From Rhodosorus marinus CCMP1338 (Eukaryota > Plantae > Rhodophyta), in NCBI GenBank assembly GCA_029953675.1, contig JAMWBK010000003.1:992001-1056000 (forward strand): a DNA stretch of 64,000 bases. The letters run 5' to 3'. Positions 33,190 through 46,309 of the stretch are shown here, piece after piece. Under the pieces are notes generated by a model, which ran no database searches, was not told the DNA's origin, and worked only from the letters and a program-made list of their open reading frames with translations. Position 1 is the first letter of the stretch, and each line of letters opens with the position of its first letter. A program made the position numbers and the translations under genes.

Positions 33190-33339
33190 TTACTTTCTAG
33201 AAGATTGCTCGATCCGCTTCGCACTTTCCAAGTAATCATCCACGGTGCTCCTTACATCTGGGACATTGTATTTCTGTGAAATATAAATGCCAGCGACGAT
33301 ACCCACAGCAAGCGTAAACATGTGAGAAACCAGGCCCAT
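33190..33339 (-). CDS. 49-aa STMP1/DUF4535-like mitochondrial microprotein (below the ORF-track cutoff)
   Basis: MGLVSHMFTLAVGIVAGIYISQKYNVPDVRSTVDDYLESAKRIEQSSRK* carries the G.x.GIY.xQxY.VP family signature and has the purine-rich leader seen before other genes here. Confidence 0.85.
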   Translation of the reverse strand: MGLVSHMFTLAVGIVAGIYISQKYNVPDVRSTVDDYLESAKRIEQSSRK

Positions 33340-36187
33340 TTTCCTTCTCCCTTAACCACTCCAAAACCCAAACGAGAAGCTGTATATAACAACCTAGCTT
33401 TGAAAAGCCTTCACGTATCACCCGGCAACACAAGGTCAACCCGCATCCGCATCAACCCCATTCGCACCTCTCCTGTCAAAACGTATAGAGCCATAGCGGC
33501 CACTTCAGACCTGGCGTGGAGCAGAAGTGGTCGGGGAAGAACGATCACATCTCCTGCGTTTGACGGAGCGTGTCTATTGTAGAAGAACCAAGTGTCATCA
33601 GTGAGAGTATTAGTTTTCAACTAATGCTGGAGCACGATTATTCCAATCATAGGTTCTTAATGTAGATATGAATACAAAAAGTTGCACAAGACCATGCTTG
33701 GGAAGTTGTCGTTCTCTATGGAAGGAACTCCGGAGTAAACAGGCACGCCTAGGTGTTCTACAGTGTTGTCTGATGCAACGGTTGCCGTAATGAAAGTCTA
33801 CGGCGTGTACTTAAACTTCAGGGTGGACTCAGAGTAGAAAGTAGGATTGTGTTCCGGGTGATACAACTTTTTCCATCTTGCTTGTACAGGAGAGATTGCG
33901 TGCCGCAGGGATGAAGCTAGGAATTCCTCAATTGACCACTCTTTCAACGCAACTGACTTCCCTCGCTGGGAAAATATTTTCTTCGTAAGTAATGGCGTGT
34001 TTTCCCTTGGTGCACTGGAGAAGCTTATCCTGAAAACCTGCAAGAGTTTTTATCTCTTTGAGGGGAATGCTCACATGGCCCCTAGACGCAGAAGAAAAAA
34101 AAGTTGGAGGACCACGTAATTGATATCTTTGGAACAAGCTCGCAATACGTACGCAAATTTTCAATCTCGGCGCTTTGCGACCGAACATGGCTCCTCCTCA
34201 AACTCAGATTGGGAGAACCGACGCCGTAACACAGCTAAGCCGTGGTCGTACGCTTACTCCCCGGATATTGAAGGACTTTGATGCGTGTCTAAAGCCAGCA
34301 ACAGTTTGCAGTACATGCTAAGAAATGCTGGTGAAATCAATCTACACCATCCGTTTACACAAAACAGAAACAGTACGCCACAAGGGGCTCGGCTCAACGA
34401 CCAGCAGAAAACGATATGCCTCTCATTTTGAACTGCACTCTCGCATACTGGATAGCCGCCTCCTTGCTATAGTGATGGTAAATTCATCATGGCCTTTGAA
34501 GTGACTAAACAAAAGAGCGTTTCTACTTGCCCGTCCACTTGAACGCAGCCTTTCTCACCAGTAGGGCGTCTCCTTGCTTCCACCTGACGTTTCCCAACTT
34601 GAGGGGAAATTTATACGAACAGACCACCTCTTCCCTATTCGGTTGGCCCATATTCCCTATCAAAAATTTTGTTGCATCTAAAAGTTTCTAATAATTGTAA
34701 TCTAGTTACCCTCGAAATTCAAGCTTTCCCGATTGCTAAACCTTTTGCCCTTCTTCGGGAAAGTTCTCTCGTGTTGAAAGATCGTCAAAATTTTTTTTTA
34801 TACGGCAAACACAACGTTTCGATCAATTGGACGAGATGAGATTCAATCAAGAATTCCATTGGTCGAAGATGACTTTGAGATACATTATTACTCGTTATTT
34901 TTATTAGTCTCGATCAGGACTGCATAGAAAAATAGGAAATTCAATCATTAGTTCAGCAAAGGCGTATTCGATTTGGGAAATGGGAATACAATTTTACGGG
35001 TGGAATGTTAAGATTGTCCTGGCCCTCAGCGTTCAACCCATGCCAAAACATGATACATGAAAAACAAATAATTTGAACCGATAACACGTTCTAAGCAGAT
35101 ACGATAATCTGGGGGTTCGGAGAACAGAGTACTCAGGGGAACAAAACGGTCAAGCAAGCACAAACTCCTTTGTTCCCCCCTTCCGGAAAACGAAATTCTG
35201 CCAACTTTTCTAAATTTTAGTCAAAACAGAATGTTTTGTCTACCCGCGGTTGAAGTCAACCCCACTCGGAGTACCGTACATAACATATATAGGATGTACT
35301 TTAACCTATAAACGATAACTCTCCTAATCCGTGAGATAAATCGTGGTTGCTACTTCAGGGGTTAGTTTTGATCTCCCCATTCATTTCCTCAATGGATTAA
35401 AATAAATTGTTATTAAAGTATTTGCATAGTAATGAATTTCAACAAGGGGTGAGGTTTGTAGTATTTTCTTATCCCCGCTTGGTCATCAAGCCTGACTGCT
35501 AATTAAAAAAAAAAAATTCTTATCTCCAACCAGTTGATAGGTCGGAGGACCATTCCAAGATTCGTTACTTATTTGTTATAAACAAAAATAATTAGGGCGC
35601 ACAGCTGGAATTTCTTTTTTTTCCCACAAAAACTGTTGCTTAGCCCCCCAAAAATCCACTGCTTTTTTCCCATTTTCTTATGGAAACGCACAATCCACCT
35701 CTAATTTTAACACCAAAAAGGATATATAAAACAAAACCAATTTTTCGTTTTAAAAACAAGGATACTATCTGTCCAATTTCTAATATTTTTCATCCCATTT
35801 CTCGTTACTCGTTTTTCGTTGTTTTTTTGTAGAAAGACCGGAAGAGAGGGGGGGGGGGGGTTCTTTTCGTTATCGTTTTACATCTTAGTGAGGAAACATT
35901 GTTCTTAATGGAAAAAGAATGAAATGTTGTTGTATATGTTTTCTAAACTTGGGGGGGTTAGACTAAGACAAAATTTAGCTGGCAAGGAAAGCTGGTTTTG
36001 TGTGGAGGGTTTCGTTTTATATGGATTGCGTAGATGAAAGGAAGAGAGACACCTGCTGTTGTGGGAGAGGAGGGTGTGTGTGATGGTGTTTTTTGGGGGT
36101 AAAGAGGAAGAGAGGAAGAGGGAGAGTTTCGTAGTGGTTTGATTAAGGATTTATTTGTCGTTTTTGTTTTTGGGGGGGTTGGGAAAG

Positions 36188-36190
<3 letters not shown>

Positions 36191-36220
<30 letters not shown>
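36191..36220. repeat. (TG)15 microsatellite in the PAP upstream region
   Basis: Read directly. Confidence 0.97.
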
Positions 36221-36223
<3 letters not shown>

Positions 36224-36399
36224 GAGGGAGGAGTGACGTGATGTGTTTTGTTTGGTAGTCAGTGGTTTCCTGGAGATCACCTCATCCACCTCATCCTGTT
36301 CTTTTAGGACCGGGGGTTTTTTTTTTCAGTGAGTGAGTGGAGTAGTTGCCAGGTTGAACAAAGGAATTCTGGGGGGAAAAGAGTAGTGGGAGAGAAAAT

Positions 36400-38666
36400 A
36401 TGTGCGTTTATGAAGCCTGTGATGTGAGCGAGAATGTGTTTCCTGCGGAGACAGATTTTGGGGATGAGGTGCTCAGCGGTGGTCGTGTCCAGAACATCCT
36501 GGGAAAGCAACTGGAGGAGTATTTGGGTGAAAACAAGGTGCATACTACTGCGTACGAGAAGGAGCACAGAGTGAAGGTACAGAACAAAGACCAAAGAAGT
36601 ATCACCTCTGTGTATTACTCCAGCGAATACTGAACGTTCTCACCACTTTCTCCCTAAGGTTCTTGAAACGGTCAAGGCTATTGGCGAGGAGTGGATTAGA
36701 GGCATAGCTGACGACTCAGGTGTTGAAATTCCTGATGAAGCGATAAGAATTTGCACGTTCGGCTCTTACCACCTTGGTGTAGACCATCCTGAAAGTGATG
36801 TTGATGTGCTCATACTGTGTCCAAAGCTCGTGGACCGGCAAAAAGACGTAAGCGTGAAAGAGCAAACCGGACTGTGAAAGACTCTCGGGCATAGTTGTAC
36901 TAACCTCCCATCCCATGCCCGCTCAGATTTTTGGTTCGCTCGACATGCACGGCCCTGGGGAACCCGAAAAGTTTCGAACAACGCTCGTGGAAGTGCTGCG
37001 CAAGCATCCGCAGGTGAAGTGGAAACCTTTGCATTCAGAGTCTGTTGATCTTTATGGGAAATTGCTCCTGACCTGGACACAATATCTCTGCGTTGTGGAC
37101 AACAGGTGGACCAACTTCTTGCGATCCCCGATGCGTTTGTTCCTGTTGTAAAATTTGTTCTGGATGGAATTCGTATTGACCTGATATCAGCAATTATCCC
37201 ACAAGCTGAGATACCTGCTGAGCTTGACTCACTGTCCCCGAACAGTGACTTGTTTTTGAAGATGGACAGTTCGTCACGGCAAGGAATCAACGCGATGAGA
37301 ATATCGCGTGAGATTATAAGGTAATGAGTGATCATGAACTCTGCAGAGTCACGTCCTTCGATGGGTTGGATGGGCCGAAGATAGAAAGAGCTTAAGGACG
37401 CTTGCTCTTGTGCATGGTTTAGGCTTGTGCCCGACGAGGATGCGTTCCGAAGTACTCTTCGCGCGGTCAAGCTTTGGGCGAGACGGAGGGGAGTATATTC
37501 GAACATACTTGGGTACCTTGGGGGTATATCGTGGACAATCATGACCGCAAAAGTTTGCACAATCTATCATCCGTCACCACCAGCAGTGCTGTTGTACAAA
37601 TTCTTCCAGTTATTTGCTATGTATGCCGTTTGCCTCCACTGAGCAAGGCCACCTCAACGTTGTATGAGATTTTCTCTTTCTCATACTCTTTTTATCAACT
37701 GGCGGACAGGTATTGGGACTGGCCACGCCCCGTGGTTCTCGCTGAGCTTGAAAATAAGAAGCAGTCCTCGGATTTAAGAGAATGGAACCCTGATTTGTAT
37801 CCCTCTGACAGGAGACATGTTATGCCCATCATCACCCCTGTCAATCCTATGATGAACACCTCGCACAACGTGTCCCTTAGCACGTACAGGGTCATTATGG
37901 GAGAGGTGGGCAACCAACTACATCTTCTTCCGCAGGGGTGATGTCTGCGAAGAGCTAACCAGTTTGATTTCTTCCTCTCGCGCAGCTCGTTCGAGGCTAC
38001 AGCTGCATGCTTTCATTGTGCGCTGAGGGAATTGAAAATAGCGAAAATTGCCGAAATTTGTGGGCCCCACTTTTCGAAAGAACTGAGTTCTTCTCGTGGT
38101 ACCCCACGTACCTGAAAATAGACGTGAGTTCAGAGAACACCGTTACGCAAACGCGCTGGAAAGGACTGGTTGAGTCCAAACTACGACACCTCCTGCAAAT
38201 GCTTCAGAATTTCCAGTTCAAAGATGTGCATTTGTGCGCAGATGAGAACAACGCGACTAGTTCCAACCACCACAGCTTCTACTTTGGAATTGATGCACGG
38301 AATTGGAAGGGATCGCTTGAGAATGTGCAAAAACTCGTGATGTCCTCTGTGAGCCAGTGGGTATCTGAGGAGTTGGAATGGCAGGTACGTTTTGTATTCA
38401 AGACATAGGGGAGGGGATTGCGGGCGGGAGAGGCTCTGGTTCCAATCGGTTCTGACTTGTCGGCTTTCACTGCAATTGTTCAGAGGGACGATGCGACCAT
38501 GAAAATTGCGTACAGTATGTCGCGGGGAGAGATTGCCCACTCAAGGAATAGTACAGGGAAACGAGTCAAGCGAAAACAGCGCAGGTCGCAGAGACACCAT
38601 CAAGCACGTGAGGGTGACACTCTAAATGATCGTGAACAACAGCACATAACGAGTGTTACCACATGA
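36400..38666 (+). CDS. PAP: Canonical nuclear poly(A) polymerase (about 8 exons)
   Basis: FGSYHLGVDHPESDVD (GS..DxD); DAFVPVVKFVLDGIRIDL; FRSTLRAVKLWARRRGVYSNILGYLGGISW; WDWPRPV; MPIITPVNPMMN; WKGLVESKLRHL; basic C-terminal NLS. Confidence 0.95.
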
Positions 38667-39313
38667 AAAAGGGGACACACATGGTACCGAGCCATATATG
38701 TTGGGAATGTACAAATAGACAGCTACAAATGATTACTAATTTACTCTACTATTATCATAAGTTCCGGTTGAGACGGGTTTTCCCTCCCCCGGGGGGGGAG
38801 GGGGGGGGGCCGCTTCAGCGAGATCAATCGGACGAACTATTTGGAAAATTATTAAAAGAAGACTCCCCATTATTCGTGTAGTACTTCAGTCCGCCCTTCA
38901 TTGCGATCGGTTTATCTCTTGGAAAGGTCTGAGGAGGCGAATTGCATGGCAAACGTACAAATACAGGACGTGAGCAAACCTTTTTAAATATTAGTCTGGT
39001 CAAGCCTCAGACAAACTCTGTACGTCTCTGGGCCGAGCGCAGGCGCGTTCGTTTCCTCGATGCATTACGGTTGTTGCTTGCGTCGGAAACCGGTGAGCGC
39101 AGAGCATCGACAAGCGGGTTTCTAGCCCCAACAGCGTGTAGCTTTAGTTATTTTGATCTAAGGAAACGATTCGCAAGCAGTTTCTAAATAGTACAAGGAA
39201 CACTTTGCGAAGGGCAATTTGTGGTCTAGCCTTCACCAGGGTCGTCCTGGCAAGGCGTGCACTTTGCAGGAACGAGTTCGACGATTCCTCCGCCGCGTCT
39301 TTGATAAGTTCAC

Positions 39314-40120
39314 TTAATTATTGCCATAGCGATTCTTGATTGCCAGGTTCGACAGGTTGAAGCGAATTCCAAGTTCTTTGATGATGGCCTCACATCTAGA
39401 AACGTCCACTTTGTACAAATAGCGGAACAACCTGGAGAAGACGACTCTCGTTCAGTTTAGAGCCCAGAAAATTCCAAGCTGTGACGAGTCCTTAGAGTAG
39501 CCTACTTCTTCCTCCTCTCTACCATAGCTTGGAGCCCTCGGCGAGAAGAGTAATCCTTCTTATGCTCGTTCAAATGCTCTGTGAGCTGCTCAATCTTCAC
39601 GGTCAATTGGGCAATCTGGAATTCTGGGGATCCGGAGTCGTTCTCGTGGGTCTTGAAGCGATTTCTCGTGTCAATCCTCTTTTTACTGCAAATGCGCATA
39701 CGGAAAGTTAGTCTCAGAATTCTTTCCATACGACAGCGGTCCCTCCACTCGAAAGTGGACGGACACGCCAAAAAAACAAGAAACAAAGCGGAATGCACGC
39801 CAAACTAGGTGGGACTGAATCACTTACTCGTACGCCTCACCGGTCCTCAGCGGCAACTCGACGTCCTCAAGACCAGCCTCCAAATCGGGGAGATCCATCG
39901 GCTTTCCCTCATTCATCAATGAGTTCGAAGACGTCGGAAGCAGATCCGGGCCAAGCACATCCGCGTTGAACAAGACCGTCTCAACAGGGTCGACCTTACC
40001 AACTCCATCCGCCTGCATCCTTACCACAGAAGTTCTCTGGAAGCGCGGCGCAGCACACACACCAGAAGTCCTGGCCTTACCTCCGACCAAAAAACTCGAC
40101 ACGAATCCCATCTCAGCCAT
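39314..40120 (-). CDS. rps15: Nuclear-encoded plastid ribosomal protein S15 (3 exons)
   Basis: Transit peptide [14 protein letters not shown]; [62 protein letters not shown]. Confidence 0.95.
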
Positions 40121-41908
40121 CCTCCGCAAACCAAAGCAGACACCCTCCCTACAAACCTCCAAAGTACCAACTCCTTCCCCGAAACAAACAAAAACCTCCC
40201 ACCAACACTCCCCACTTACCCTTCTAAAATACCCTTGACACACTCAATCCCCCCTTCTTGCCCACAAATACCTCACCGAAGCTCTTTATTCCCTAACCCT
40301 CAAGAACCCATCTTCATCTCCACAGCCACAAAAAATAAGAAGATCAAAAAAAAAAAAAAAAAAGCCCCTAAAACCGTCAAATTTCCTCACTATACATATT
40401 CCCCATTCCTCCCCCCCGCTCCCTCTTCATCCCCAGCCGATTCTCGTAGCTCCCCATACGCTTCACCTCATTTTCTCACTCATGAAATTATTCTTAATAG
40501 TGACCCCTGCAATTGATGCCCAAAAATCTTGTTTGAGTTAGGAGAACCCCTGATTAATTTATCTAAGGAAAATCTGTTTAATCATATTATGAAATTAATT
40601 TTTGCGTATCATCAATGAGTTGTGTGAAGAATTACCCCCTATTATTTTGTGTTAAATATTTTACTCGTTGAATACAGCGGGGGTTCGACAGGGGAAGACT
40701 CGATTTAAGCGAATCTTGAGGGGGTGGGAAAATGGGGTTGATGGATTGTGGCCGGCATTGTCTTCTATAATGAAATTTTTGACGGGGCAGAACCTTTCCG
40801 CCAATGTTGACGATCGAATTTTAGATATAAAAACGCCGTTCCTGGGGATGGAAAACCCTGTTAAACCCAGACCTCCGTATTTTAAAGAAAATTCAGCTAC
40901 ACAAAAAGGATGGTGGAGATAAACGATATATTTCTCGTATTAACGCTATACTGGTCGTTCATATTTATTTCCGAAGAAACTACATCGGTTGGTATTTCTT
41001 GGAAATATTTTCTTTTCGTACGGGTACATAGTAGCGAGGCACTTTTCATTAAACTGCGTTTTTATTACGGTTATAAAGTCTCCCCGCTTAGGGTGGGGGG
41101 GAGGAATACGATATATGGTGGGCGGATATAAATATAGTATTTACGGATAAGTCCTGGTGGCCACGGCCGCGGTCGAGGTAATAATCTCCAAAAATAAAAT
41201 TTGGTAAGATGTGATTGGATAATTTTATGAAGAATTTTAAAATATTTATTATTCAATTTTGACTTAAGGAGAGCAGGAAACATTTGCATTTGGTAACGGT
41301 CGGGAGACGAGACCATTGCGGTCGCTAGGGAATGTCACTGTTGGGACTGCTAGTAATCTATACTAAGTTGTACTGACCAACTGTCTTGCAAGTCATATCG
41401 CTCTTCTCTGTGTGGCTCTGTAACGTTTGAAACCACGTCCCGTACCCTACCATCTGTCGACTGCCTGTGGAATCTTCATCCAACGTATTTTCCGAAAGTT
41501 TCTGGCGTTTGATAACGTTGATGAATCCCTACTTACCACCGCCGTCGGCAGCGTCTGCCTTGGCCAAGATGAGTTTAGGCCCAATCATTCCAACCTTGCA
41601 ATGGCTGGGGATTATTTGCACGACTCCCAGCCTCCTTGACCTTCTTCTGCCATGACAACGGGTCCTCCCAGGCTCAGCTAGCCACCCGCGGCGTTCACCA
41701 GTATTGCAACGGCAATCAGTTGGGGTTGCAGCTCGTTTTCCAACCGCGGCTGAGCACAACTGCAGCGTTCAGAACGAACTCCAGTCCACTAAGCGTGACC
41801 ACAGAGCACAGGAAATTTTCCAGCATATTGAAGACGAATTTTATGATCCGTTCACAAGTAAATTATATGATACATCGAAAAATCTTCTGGTTCCCTCCTC
41901 GCGATGTC

Positions 41909-43104
41909 CTAGTCTGGCCCAGCACCAAGGAACGACTGAGTTGTCTTCTCAGGATTCGTAAGTGTTTTGGTGGGTGGCAGATTTGACCTTCGGCTATTAT
42001 GTTTCGAAGCACTGGATGAATCTTTCTTCTTTCCCTTTCCACCAACCTTCTTTTTGTCACGCAAGCTAGACTCCCATTGCTTTGCAAACTTCAAATAGAG
42101 TCGCATGGACGCCTTTGCATCCTCGTGTGGATTATGCTCTCCCGTCTGAATCTCCTCGCCTAGTAGCTCCGCTGCTAGTCGCCTCAACGCGAGTGCGCCT
42201 TTCTTGTTCGAAATTCCCAATGCCGCCCGGATGAGGGGGTTTGTGCTCGTGTCCCTAATACTGTGTCTCGGATGGCCCAAGAGCAGAACGTCCAGGTCGT
42301 TTGAAACCGCATGGCCCACGAGGATTCGGTCCTAAACGGCGTTGGGACAAAACCAGATCAGCATATCCCCGGAACTGTCAAATGTTTCCACGATTGGGAT
42401 GCGCCCATTACCTTCAGAAGATCGGCAACTGTCTGCTGTGCCTCGGAAAAGCTTACTGCCACATCGGACAGGACGTCCTCGGGACGCACCCCACTGTACT
42501 GTGTGCGATAGTCGACGACTTTCTCTGAAGGTCTGACCCATGCGTGATAGACGGCTTCAAGCTTTGAGTTGACTACAGCAATTCGCGCAAGGGCGTTCCT
42601 CCTACCATCTGGGCCTACTCCAACCATTTCACAGTCAAGGGCCAGGGCCTTGGTGGCGTGTCCAACCTTTTGTTCTTCCACGGGTGTGACGTCCGTCGGC
42701 TTGCTTACGGTCGGCGGACTCCTGCGCTTTCGCTTCCCGGCGCCAATGGCCCTTTTTATTGTTGCCCAATTTGCGTCGACCTTCTTCCGCTTTGCCTTTG
42801 CGAGCACTGACGACTTGGATTTGCCCCCAGCACCCGGCTCCCCATCGACAACCTCGCGCTTTCCGCCGTCAATATCTTCGAGCTTATCATCCAACTTCAT
42901 CGACAATTTGACCACATCATCCAGTTTTTTAACCTCCAACTTAACCCCACCATCGCCCTCCAAACCTGCCCTTTCATTCAATCGGTCCTCTCTAGAACGA
43001 CCCAACCGCTCTTTCACAGCGGCCAGCTCCTTCTTCAACTTACGCTTCTTCAGCAGTTTCTTCTTCGTTTTCGATTTCTTCACTACCTTCTTCAACTCAC
43101 CCAT
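41909..43104 (-). CDS. REXO4: RNA exonuclease 4 (DEDDh), 2 exons
   Basis: Lys-rich N-terminus, NWATIK, ALDCEMVGVG, ARIAVVN, DYRTQYSG, GRILVGHAVSNDL, HNPHEDAKASMRLY. Confidence 0.94.
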
Positions 43105-43189
43105 CTTTAGTTCTCTCCTAGCTTCTCACAAGCCACTATAAACACCTCCAACCCGAAACTAAAGCTCATCCAGCTTCTTCCGTTCCGGC

Positions 43190-43845
43190 CCCATTCTCAC
43201 GCCCCTTTCATGGCATTGCTACCGGAGACGGCGAAGTACGGAAAGGCAGTCGTTACAACTCTCCAGCTGGACTCACAGTAGTTATCGAATCTGCCAGGGC
43301 TTCAGTGTATGGAGTATGAGAAAGCTCGCAACGATTGACTATCCTTTATGAATATACGCCGGCAAACACAGTCGGGCAGTCGAGGTGACGCAAGGCTTGT
43401 AAAATCCGGATTCATTCTCTTCACCCCTTTTCACGATGTTCAGTCCATTTGCCACTGGAGACAGAGTGAGAAGCGGAAGCAAGTCGTTGCAGTCTTCCGG
43501 CTCGATTCACAGTGGTTATCGGGTCAGCCAGGACTTCAGTGAATGGAGGATGAGAAAGCTCCCAACGCTTGACTATCCTTTAAGTAATTATACGTGAAGA
43601 CACATACGCCCAGTCGAGGCGAGGTTAGAAGAGATGGAAGCCAAGTCGAAGATGTGGGGGGATGGAACTGATGGATCTGCCTGCGTGCCGGCTGATTCTG
43701 ACTTTGCCAATAAAGCTGTAATTCATCCTCTTCACGCCTTTCACCATGTTCAGTCCCTTGCTACCAGAGACGGCGTAAGAGCGGAAGGCAGTCGTTGCAA
43801 ACTTTCCAGTTCGACTCACAGCGGTTATCGGGTTTCGCAGTGAAG
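43190..43845. repeat. Three degenerate direct repeats (core about 130-230 bp) between the divergent REXO4 and NAGK genes
   Basis: Anchors AGTCGTT at 43248, 43482 and 43790; GAC/TTCACAG.GGTTATCG in all three; GAGAAAGCTC and TTGACTATCCTTTA in copies 1 and 2. Confidence 0.88.
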
Positions 43846-44390
43846 GAGAGTTACAGTGTGCTCCTACACTGACGACAGTTGTTGATTCGGATAGTGCGGA
43901 GCAACACCGAAGCAAATCTAAGAAAAGCGCTCTCCTGGTTGAAAGAGAACCCTGTGAGAGACTAAGCTTCCACAAACGACTGTTCGGGGGCTAGAAACTT
44001 CCGACGGCCGAACCTACATGTGTCAAAGTCGAGTCTCTCGCCTTTCTCCGTCGGCGGTCTCATGTCGCTTGCCCAACAGTTTGATCAGGCATTTCTTGTG
44101 TTGGAGGTTGAACAAGTAGAGCGGAGGAGAAAGCCCAGAGACTTCGATGAAATACAGGCTTCTTAAGAATCAGCAGCTGGAGTGCTGTACTGCTTCGCAT
44201 CGTAAGGCCACTGGAAAAGAGGCGTTTTGATGAAGTGTACGAGCAGGAAGCGGGCAAAGCGAACAGGGCTGCGAAGAATGGGAAGAGGTGCAGTACCTCA
44301 TCGGTGAATGTGTCCAACCGGTTCATCGAGATATGCTTGTGTGAGAAGTGATTGCTTGGAGTAGTTGAAGATCCGAGCTTTGCTTTCTGC

Positions 44391-46309
44391 ATGGCTTTTG
44401 TGGGCTTGGATGGGTACGGTTTCGCTTTTATTTCAAAAGTAGAGCAGACCTTGTGAAGAAAACAACTCCAACGGGAGCTGAATTCCCGTCTTCTTGTTTG
44501 CATATTTGCAGAGGTGCCACGTCGACATCCGCTACCGCTCTAGACGAGAATGGAACTGTCCTTCTTAGAGCGAAAAAGGATTCTGGATCGAATCCTTACC
44601 TGTGTGGAGTAGTCACTGCCGCGCAATGTCTTTCTGAGTTGTTTCACGAGGTGAACGAAGCTCTACACCAAACATCCCCGTCGCTTCAAGTCGATACCTG
44701 CTGCATCACCATGAGCGGTGTTGATGACACCGGCATGAGGAGTAATGTGGAAGCCGAAATGAACCGTTTATGCGGGTCCAGCTATCAAAGGTTGATACTA
44801 GTCGGAGATACCACCGCCGGATTTGGCTTTCTCCAACCAGATAGGCCCGGCATTGTACTTGTCGCCGGAACAGGTTCTGTTGCTAGGTGAGAATTGTGCA
44901 GATCAGCTAGCTTGTCCCAGCGCCAACACCAGCTCCCAGCCTTGGTTGAAACATCCGGCCGGCCGTAGACGGTATGAAACTATGCTCTAGAGTTTATTGC
45001 TGTCTACACCTCCTCAGACCTACCCTATCAAGGAACGAAGTCTTGAAGTATACATCTATGGGGTAGCGACCGATGCCAGATAAAGAGTCGAACCTTTCAA
45101 CTCCAGAGTAGCCGCTTAGGGACCCGAGCAAAGAGCAGTCGACCAGTTTCCACCGACAGAGTTGAGACACATTTGGAATCGTGCTTGAACCAGCACTGAG
45201 CGACTGCTGGCTGCATCGGCTGTTATCACTGGTCGTGGCAACTGGTCGCCTGTTCTCTTAAAGTCCGTATCCGTTCGTTACTAGTCTCGTTTACAAATTT
45301 ATGAGCCTGGCGTTCGACAGGGTTGTCAGTTGCCAGATATAATCTGGAGCACTCGCACCTGCCTGTCAAGAAGCGGTGGTGGGAGGCTGTTCGAGGAAGC
45401 TGCCTAGCTGAATCGTTCAGTGAGAAAGATGAAAGCCAGAGTGCTTTTTGATACGAGCAAACGCCCTTTGAGCAGTGGTATAGTGTTACTACATGCAGCG
45501 AGTTGCCCGCCTGACATCTCTTCTACCTTGGACTGGGAGTTTGGACCGTTGTTCGCTGCATTTCGTGTATAAAAGTCGAAGTTCCGAAAGCTAAACAGTC
45601 AGCGTTTTCCTGCATGTGACCAACAAGGCTTCGAGATCCAAGGAGCGGTGTTGATCGTCGCTGCGGTGGGTGGGGACACCTACTTAGCGACTTGGGAAGC
45701 AGCTACAGTGTTGCCACTCAGGCGCTTTCGGACATGATTCTAGCGATGGAAGGTGTGCCTCGGCATGAAGGAGACCGATACGAGTGCCTGTGGGATGAAT
45801 GCCGTAATTATTTCGAGGTAACCACGTTGAAGTGTTTTCTGCTTCGGGCTTTGGGATAGGCTCTTATCGAACGGTTTTTTGACAATATTGTGCTGCGTCA
45901 GGGCATTGATGAGCTTCCTGCCCTCATGGATCACATTTACGGTCAGAGATTCTCTAAAAGCCACGTCGCGGGGTTCGCTGAAAAAGTCGCGCATCTGGCT
46001 CGAGATGGTGACTGTATCGCATCCCGTGTTTTGTGCCGTGCAGGAGAAGAACTCGGAAGGCTTGTAAGAGGAGCACTCGCTTCCGACGCGTACGTTACGC
46101 TGAACTTGGTTCTGCTAGGAGGTATGTTTAGTAGTTGGGATATGTTTCAAGAGGCTTTCATGCACGAGGTCCGGAGCACTTGCACAGCAGAACTTCAATT
46201 CCTTCTACCAACTTGCGATCCGTCCGTCGGGTCTGCAGCGTTGGCACTTCGAGAAAAGAATGGGAATTACACTCCGAAAAAGTATGTGCGTCAATGGACT
46301 GCCCGTTGA
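44391..46309 (+). CDS. NAGK: N-acetyl-D-glucosamine kinase-like (BadF/BadG/BcrA/BcrD ATPase family), 4 exons, one 741-nt intron
   Basis: MAFVGLDG|GATSTSA; SGSNPY; GIVLVAGTGSVAR|LRDPRSGVDRRCGGWGHLLSDLGSSY; VAGFA; LVLLGGMF. Confidence 0.87.
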
